DNA from: Porphyromonadaceae bacterium
GTDB taxonomy: Bacteria; Bacteroidota; Bacteroidia; Bacteroidales; CAMTPD01
NCBI GenBank assembly: GCA_003447595.1
Contig: DLYT01000148.1
Coordinates: 40,028-84,843 of the forward strand
Length of the DNA stretch: 44,816 nucleotides
Direction of reading: 5' to 3'
Part shown: positions 38,973-44,816 of the stretch, piece after piece
How positions within the stretch are numbered: position 1 is the first letter of the stretch
Layout of the letters: every line of letters begins with the position of its first letter
Program-made: the position numbers and the translations under genes
The notes under the pieces: model-generated
What the model was told of the DNA's origin: nothing
What the model saw: only the letters and a program-made list of their open reading frames with translations
Databases searched by the model: none

Positions 38973-41204
38973 TTATAAAACAGTGACTTCGTCGAGGAAG
39001 AACCAACATGGGTGTCCTACGCCGTAGTGCCAGTGCGGACAGGTTTTGGTTCCTGTGATTTCCACTTTGATGTAACGAGCAGAAACAGGTGATGCTGCTT
39101 CGTGCTTAATGCCGACAAACTTTACTTGTGGCGAGCGGTCTTCCGGTATGTCTTTCGTTGCAAGTTGGGTAAAGGTATTGTTGTCTGTAGATACCGAATA
39201 CTTTACTTGCGTAGGTAAAAGAATCCATGCGCCTAGTTGGTGCAGGAAGTCGGCTTCGATTGAGTTTATTTCTTTTTCACTTCCCAGATCAATGATGAAT
39301 GAGGCGTCTTGTCCTTCCCAACCTATCCAACTTTCTACAAAGGTTGAGCCTCCGAAAAGTCCGTCTGTAAGTGCTTGCTCGGCTACGGGAACGTAACGTT
39401 GTCCCGGCTGATTCAAGAACGTAATCTTTGCGTTTGCCGCTTTGTTTGTGGCTGCTTGCGGAAGATAACGCTGGCGGTATAGCTTGCAATATTCTACCGG
39501 TGAGTTGTTTCGCTCGTTGAGTGTAGGAATGTTATACTCTGTAACTCGCTCTTCAAACAAGTCTAGTTTCTTGACGATATCTTTTAAGTCTTTCTTTTGC
39601 TCGGTGCGGGCAATCTCTAGTTCGGAGTACTGAATCGGCAAGCGTGCACGGCGTACGCGTGTAAGGAGTACGTTGTCATCGGCCACACTTGCTTCTGCTT
39701 CGTCGAAGAGTTGATTGTATCGGCGCATGAGCTCAGGCTTTAGCATTCCGTTTTTGTGCGTAACGGGCGAGTCGTAAATCCAAAGGTTTACGCCGCTACC
39801 CAATAAAGCTCCTTCCATTAGTTTGATGTATTTATAGATAGCCGGTGCCGCGTCGCCATAATATCCTTGGAGGAAGTTTTGTGTAAGTGAGTCGGTGTCG
39901 AGCTCAGGATTCCACATTAGCTTAGAAACGAGGTAGGTGCGTAGCTCGGCAAAGTCTCCACCACGATTACTTGCTATTTGAGAGAAATGCATTGTCGCGT
40001 TGTTCTTTTTAAAGAGCTTGATGTTGTCTTTGAGTATATGCAAGTTGGGGAATGGTGCCACGTAGTTGTCGAAGTTGATTCCGTAGTCCCAAATGAATAG
40101 GTTATCTGAGATTGCCGACCATCCTTCGAGTGCTTTGACAAATTCTTTCCCGGTTTTGTTTTCGGTAAGTCCTACCTCGCGCATGCAATCGATATCGCAA
40201 AGCATGATGTTTACATTGGGTAACGGTTTCACGTGTTGAGGCGGATTCATCGTGTACAAATAGGCGAGCGTGGAAAACTCTTTGTCGGGAAAACGAGTCG
40301 CCAATTTGTTGAGAAAATGAATTACACTACCCGATAGCGCGCCTTCTTTTTCGTCGATCGCTTTACATTGGGGGCACTGACAGTTGGTATAGTTTCCATC
40401 GTTCTGACTCACTGAGATGAGGTTCTTGCCCGGATTGGCTTTGAAGATGGAGTCGAGGCGTTGTGATACGATCTCGAATACTTCGTCGTTTGATAAACAC
40501 CACTGACTTGCTTTGCCCGGATGACGCTTGCCATTGAAGTAGGAGTAATACTCGGGATGCGATTCTCCGTATACCTCGGATGGGAGCAGTCTGTCGAAGG
40601 TATGTACCCAGTATCCACCGGCAAAGACTTCGTTGGGTTCTTCGAGGCGATACCAAAGTTTGTAAATGGGGTCGGTTCCCATTGCGTAGTTTTGACTTTG
40701 TCTGTATCGAAAGGCTGGGTTGTCTATGATTTCCAGCTTAGGGATTTCAATGGTTTGTTGCTTAGGCGCATTGTATTCGTTTTCTCCGAAATATTGGATG
40801 CCTAGTTCGTTCTCGAGTAATGTTACAACGGCGTAGATGCTACCCTTGTCTCCTCCGCTCAGGATGCGTAATACTCCGTCGTTTGTGGAGATAAGAAACC
40901 CGTCTTCTTTCAGCTGATTAGTTATGCTACTATTGCTTGCTAATGTTGGATTTGCAGCAGTGCCAATGGCAATATCATTCTTTTTGGCTGCTCCGTTTTT
41001 TACAATAGGGATTTGTGCTCCGCTTACTTTCTGGATGAAGTCTTGCAATAAACTTGCCGCTTTCATGTCTGTAGAGTCACTACCGGCTACAACAATACGC
41101 GATGTCGGTTTGCTGTTCTTTACCAGTTGCACTTGCGCAAACGATGATTGACTCATTAGGAAACCTCCCGCAAGTAGGGTTCCTATCAAGATTTGATGTT
41201 TCAT
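38973..41204 (-). CDS. DUF4838 domain-containing protein (GH20-like fold) with a C-terminal F5/8 type C (discoidin) domain
   Basis: 743-aa ORF with a signal peptide. The central region includes the CQCPQC motif I associate with DUF4838 proteins. The C-terminal ~140 aa look discoidin-like (ARYIKVEI...). The family assignment is from memory and needs an HMM check. Confidence 0.6.
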   Translation of the reverse strand: MKHQILIGTLLAGGFLMSQSSFAQVQLVKNSKPTSRIVVAGSDSTDMKAASLLQDFIQKVSGAQIPIVKNGAAKKNDIAIGTAANPTLASNSSITNQLKEDGFLISTNDGVLRILSGGDKGSIYAVVTLLENELGIQYFGENEYNAPKQQTIEIPKLEIIDNPAFRYRQSQNYAMGTDPIYKLWYRLEEPNEVFAGGYWVHTFDRLLPSEVYGESHPEYYSYFNGKRHPGKASQWCLSNDEVFEIVSQRLDSIFKANPGKNLISVSQNDGNYTNCQCPQCKAIDEKEGALSGSVIHFLNKLATRFPDKEFSTLAYLYTMNPPQHVKPLPNVNIMLCDIDCMREVGLTENKTGKEFVKALEGWSAISDNLFIWDYGINFDNYVAPFPNLHILKDNIKLFKKNNATMHFSQIASNRGGDFAELRTYLVSKLMWNPELDTDSLTQNFLQGYYGDAAPAIYKYIKLMEGALLGSGVNLWIYDSPVTHKNGMLKPELMRRYNQLFDEAEASVADDNVLLTRVRRARLPIQYSELEIARTEQKKDLKDIVKKLDLFEERVTEYNIPTLNERNNSPVEYCKLYRQRYLPQAATNKAANAKITFLNQPGQRYVPVAEQALTDGLFGGSTFVESWIGWEGQDASFIIDLGSEKEINSIEADFLHQLGAWILLPTQVKYSVSTDNNTFTQLATKDIPEDRSPQVKFVGIKHEAASPVSARYIKVEITGTKTCPHWHYGVGHPCWFFLDEVTVL

Positions 41205-41272
41205 GGATCAGATTGGTTTAGTTCAATAATCCAAATGTAGGAATAGTTTCTTTTTATTCACAGGGAATGAAT

Positions 41273-41313
41273 AAAAAACGGCCCATTACTCGAGAGAAAG
41301 AGTAACAGACCGT
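41273..41313 (-). terminator. Rho-independent terminator after the Ntn-hydrolase gene
   Basis: On the minus strand, ACGGTCTGTTACTC pairs with GAGTAATGGGCCGT (14 bp including G-U pairs) and is followed by TTTTTTATT. Confidence 0.55.
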
Positions 41314-41347
41314 CGCTTTTATAGTAGTAAGATCGAAAAGTAAATGA

Positions 41348-42376
41348 TTAGAGCATGAACTTGAATGCTTCGGATTCATGCAATTGTTTTGAGCATTCGC
41401 CGGAGTAAAACTCGCCGTGGCAAAGCGTGAGCTTTAGAATTGGAGTTCCTGCTTCAAAGTTTAATTTGCGAAGATCGATCCAGAATATATTTGGCGTGGT
41501 GGTGGATTCGAAGTAATATACTTTGTGCTTCTGCTCTGCTACAGTGCGCCAACGTGTGGATGATATGTGGGGTTGATCCGGTGTAGACAGGCCCAATGGT
41601 ACCGAAACATTGCGCATTACACTAAATACCCCTGCTACCGCTAAAGAAGGATTATCGGTATGAACAATCGAATTAATGTAGAACGATGCCCGCACAAAAC
41701 GGTCGGTGGGTCGATTGGTACCGGGAAGCATTACTAATCCTCCGATTTGCTTCCAATATTCATTGAGCGTGATTTGTTTGCGATAAATAGGAGAGTTGGT
41801 CATCACTTGATATTCCTTACCTTCATGTACCACGAGTTTCCCTTCGATGTACTCAAAGATTGCAGCATTTCCTGTAGGATCTGAGATGGCAAGGTGTAAT
41901 GTTGATAATTCTCCGTTTGGCATTTGCGGTGCATGAATGCGGAAGTTCTCTTTTTTTAGTTCTTGTACTGCTTCGCTTACCGTAGCAAAGTTGTCGAGTA
42001 CGTATTGTGTCCAAATGCTGATTCCCATGACGGGTCTTGTGTCATTGGGCCGTGTATATTCCGACTCGGTAAGGTAAAGTAAGTTTGCGACAAGTCCGGC
42101 TTCATTCATTCCATCGGCTGTGCCAATGTCATATCCTGCTGTAATTACGCTTCCGTATTTAGCCTCCCACTCGATAGTTGGCCCTTTGTCGTAACCAGAT
42201 CGGTGTATACCACGAGGAAATACATAGATGTTGGACCGAAGATCTTCTTTCCAATCCATGGAACGGCCTGTGATAATCAAATTATTTTGTCCATGATAAA
42301 CAGCTCTTGTACACATAGCGCAAATGCTTTTAGTTGATTCTATAACAGAAACATTTGCAGAAACTTTTTGTTTCAT
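41348..42376 (-). CDS. Linear amide C-N hydrolase (choloylglycine hydrolase / penicillin V acylase Ntn family)
   Basis: 342-aa ORF with MCTRAVY...GRSMDW, the N-terminal nucleophile Cys context of this family. The alternative start at the internal ATG (42316) would put Cys at position 2, as in cytoplasmic family members. Confidence 0.85.
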   Translation of the reverse strand: MKQKVSANVSVIESTKSICAMCTRAVYHGQNNLIITGRSMDWKEDLRSNIYVFPRGIHRSGYDKGPTIEWEAKYGSVITAGYDIGTADGMNEAGLVANLLYLTESEYTRPNDTRPVMGISIWTQYVLDNFATVSEAVQELKKENFRIHAPQMPNGELSTLHLAISDPTGNAAIFEYIEGKLVVHEGKEYQVMTNSPIYRKQITLNEYWKQIGGLVMLPGTNRPTDRFVRASFYINSIVHTDNPSLAVAGVFSVMRNVSVPLGLSTPDQPHISSTRWRTVAEQKHKVYYFESTTTPNIFWIDLRKLNFEAGTPILKLTLCHGEFYSGECSKQLHESEAFKFML

Positions 42377-42817
42377 GTATTCTTCGGAAAAAAGAATTCT
42401 TTATTTGGTAATCTTTTGGACTGATGGAGTAAAACAAAGTCTATTAGCTCGATGAATTTAAATGTGATGTGTATAATAATTGTATGTGAAATTCTCGATA
42501 TCAATTCAGTATTATTGGATCAGATTGTATTACTAATCTTGTTTTTGCGTTGAGCTCCTTGTTATTTGAATCTTTGAAGTTTCTCTTACTTATAACAATG
42601 AGATGGTGTTTACTTTAGTTTGCGGTTTGGGGTTCATCAAGGAGTCTTTGCCTAAATCGATCTCATTTTTATCTTTGTGAGTATTGATTGGTAGTAAGTT
42701 TATTATGTCTTTTCATTCTAATGGAATAAGAACTTCAAATTGTATGTAACTGTTATTATAAAGATGTTTTATTACTGCAATTAAAGATTCGATGAATAAA
42801 TAGTAAGGATAGTGGTG

Positions 42818-44326
42818 ATGAATAAAGAGCAAGTTCTAGATAAATATGGATTCTTCGGTAAATATAATTTTATTAAGGAGGGTCGACAGCAGCAAGTAGA
42901 TGAAGATCGGGTAAAGGATCTAATGTCTTTTGCTGTAGCTGATAACTTTAGTTTTATATTGGTCGATTATAATAAAAAGATATTATATGAGTGTTGTTGC
43001 GATGAAGACTTAAACGCTCAATTAGGGGTCTCTACGAGTCGTAAGATGCGAGCAGTACATCAATTATTTATAGATAAAGATGACTTTGGTTTCGATGTGC
43101 ATGTTTTGCAAAAGTTTAATTCCATGATATTGGAGTATGCCTTTACGGATAAAGATGAAAACGAAGGATTTTACTATTTTATGTTTACTCTAGAGGGGCG
43201 GATTATTGATTTGCAAATTGATGTTATTCCTTTTAGCTTCACTTCTGGCAAGCAACTTACGAAGATGCTTTACATTATTCGTCCTAGTTTAGGTGAGAAA
43301 GATTCAAGATTGAGTCTTGTTACAAAAGCAGGTCGATATATTTATGATGATAAAGAAAGTGGATTTATATCAGCATCTTATATCAATATCTCTGAAAATG
43401 AAATAGAAATGCTTCGTTTATCGGGGGAAGGATATACAGAGTCTGAGATAATAGCAAAAATAAACTTTACACCTTCTGCTTTCAAGAAGGCTAAAATTCT
43501 TCTTTTCGAGAAGTTAAGGGTCAACTCTGTTTCAAAAGCTCTGAGGGAGGTATATCGCTTGGGTTTGTTAGATCGACCATCCAAAGAATGTATGTCTTTA
43601 CCTCCAATTCCGGAGCTTTCATTTAATGATGAGAGGGTCTGCAACTTAATCAGATTTGCTTTTCTCCTTGGTGAGGCGGAGAGTATGGCAATTCTTTTAA
43701 CAGATTCTCATTCGAATGTTATTTACGCTTCGAAGACATTTCTTCATTTGATTAATTATGATGGTACCGACGATTTGAATGATATCGGATTGTTCTTTAG
43801 AGAGCATATTTATGAACGAGATCTTTCAACTTTAGATGCAGTTGCCGGTTATGCTGCTCAGATTGCAAAGTCTAGCTTTCGCGTCGATAATAATAAACAA
43901 TATGTTGTTGCTTATAACTTTAGGATTGTAAAGGATCTGAATTCTTTGTTATGGCTTAGTGCTTTGTCAAGACCCGTATTGTTTGATCAAAATGATAATC
44001 CCCATGTCTATTTAAATCTATTCAAACCGGTATCTGCAGTAGGTATCAACCGTTTTTCGATTCGAATACTCGCAAATGGTAACACCTATATTTATTCTGA
44101 TAGAAAGCGTGCATTTACGCTGGAGGATAAGTATCAATTGAAAGAAGTCGAGATTGATATTATTCAACTTACTGCCGATGGTTGCACAGAACAGAAGATT
44201 ATATCTCGATTGAATATAACGATTGGTTTGTTGAAGCATTACAAGAAAAGTATATTTCATAAAATGAATGTTCATTCGATGAATGAAGTGGTTTATATTG
44301 CCTTGGAATGTGGATTGATACATTGA
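42818..44326 (+). CDS. Tandem-duplicated LuxR-family regulator: two [PAS-like sensor + LuxR-type HTH] modules in one polypeptide
   Basis: 502-504-aa ORF (GTG at 42812 or ATG at 42818). The LuxR-type HTH at residues 193-253 aligns without gaps to residues 443-503. YIYDD at 176-180 aligns with YIYSD at 426-430, so the offset is exactly 250 residues. Confidence 0.75.
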   Translation: MNKEQVLDKYGFFGKYNFIKEGRQQQVDEDRVKDLMSFAVADNFSFILVDYNKKILYECCCDEDLNAQLGVSTSRKMRAVHQLFIDKDDFGFDVHVLQKFNSMILEYAFTDKDENEGFYYFMFTLEGRIIDLQIDVIPFSFTSGKQLTKMLYIIRPSLGEKDSRLSLVTKAGRYIYDDKESGFISASYINISENEIEMLRLSGEGYTESEIIAKINFTPSAFKKAKILLFEKLRVNSVSKALREVYRLGLLDRPSKECMSLPPIPELSFNDERVCNLIRFAFLLGEAESMAILLTDSHSNVIYASKTFLHLINYDGTDDLNDIGLFFREHIYERDLSTLDAVAGYAAQIAKSSFRVDNNKQYVVAYNFRIVKDLNSLLWLSALSRPVLFDQNDNPHVYLNLFKPVSAVGINRFSIRILANGNTYIYSDRKRAFTLEDKYQLKEVEIDIIQLTADGCTEQKIISRLNITIGLLKHYKKSIFHKMNVHSMNEVVYIALECGLIH

Positions 44327-44613
44327 TTTGAAATAAAATGTAGCTTAAAAAGTTTGTTTTTTAGGTAATGTTTTGAATTCTGGAAAGAGTCTGGAATCTT
44401 GTAAGTGTTTGTTTTATATAAAGTTATTGGTCTATTTCGCTTGGTGTTTCTTTTTAGACTTTTGAGCAGTTGAACTTTTGAGTCAGTTCTGTATTTGCAT
44501 AAGTTAAAGGCTGTTTTTTACACCAATATTTGCCTTTATATTTGCAGTGTCATCAACGAAATATGTGACAACAACTATAGAACAAGATTACAAACCATTA
44601 TATTTATAATGTT

Positions 44614-44816
44614 ATGAACGCGCAACAATTTCAACAAAAATTAATGAGTCTACAAGGAAACATGATGAGTTTTGCTTTGACTCTTACAGCAAATAGAGAT
44701 GATGCTGAAGATTTACTTCAAGACACAACTTTGAAGGCACTTGATAATCAAGAGAAATTTGTTGATAATGTGAACTTTAAAGGTTGGGTATTGACTATTA
44801 TGCGTCATACTTTTAT
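44614..44816 (+). CDS. RNA polymerase ECF-type sigma-70 factor (5' partial, runs off the window)
   Basis: The frame is open from the ATG at 44614 to the window end. The product is MNAQQFQQKLMSLQGNMMSFALTLTANRDDAEDLLQDTTLKALDNQEKFVDNVNFKGWVLTIMRHTF, which carries a sigma-70 region 2 signature (DAEDLLQDT...F.GW). Confidence 0.75.
   Translation, partial: MNAQQFQQKLMSLQGNMMSFALTLTANRDDAEDLLQDTTLKALDNQEKFVDNVNFKGWVLTIMRHTF

Noticed and set aside
26321-41204. There is an impression that the 26-41 kb block is GC-richer than the rest, suggesting horizontal acquisition. The homologous TM segments of the two RND pumps gave 14/60 GC at 3541-3600 against 25/60 at 28381-28440.
   Set aside because: Other hand-counted 60-nt lines were inconsistent: 22/60 and 34/60 within hisD, and 25/60 and 37/60 within the DUF4838 gene. 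A real sliding-window GC and codon-usage calculation is needed before any claim can be made.
1-44816. I scanned for CRISPR arrays, tRNA or rRNA genes, IS elements, integrases, toxin-antitoxin pairs and known defence-system genes.
   Set aside because: None were recognised. The only extended repeats are the two non-coding elements reported above.

Overview
This window looks like a chromosomal segment of a Bacteroidota (Bacteroidales-like) genome. The evidence is TAnnTTTG-type -7 promoter boxes, no Shine-Dalgarno sites, DUF4252/ECF-sigma modules, a TonB-dependent receptor behind a TPP riboswitch, and PepSY-like genes. About 36 CDS are tightly packed and mostly housekeeping. Left to right they are: a membrane-anchored non-specific endonuclease; RND efflux operon 1 (adaptor, pump, TolC); hisGDCB behind a His-codon leader peptide and attenuator; lipocalin-like and SPOR lipoproteins; murB; an MBL-fold hydrolase; two OmpR-type two-component systems on the minus strand, one followed by two PepSY-like genes; a lone AddB-like PD-(D/E)XK/Fe-S nuclease; a TMEM175-type channel; an AraC regulator with RND efflux operon 2; a DUF4252, ECF sigma, anti-sigma, DUF4252 module; a TPP-riboswitch-controlled thiamine uptake and salvage operon (TonB receptor, PnuT, thiamine diphosphokinase); a DUF4838/discoidin protein; an Ntn (choloylglycine-type) hydrolase; a 504-aa protein made of two tandem sensor plus LuxR-HTH modules; and the 5' end of another ECF sigma gene. 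I saw no rRNA, tRNA, CRISPR array, IS element, integrase or recognisable defence system. The most unusual signal is non-coding. The two abnormally long intergenic gaps (about 1.2 kb before the his leader and about 1.6 kb before the TPP riboswitch) each hold a diverged copy of the same 0.7-0.85 kb element, in inverted orientation. The element is built from degenerate units in a very regular 22-bp register. I cannot assign it to any known RNA family, mobile element or origin. The other findings are of moderate or low novelty.
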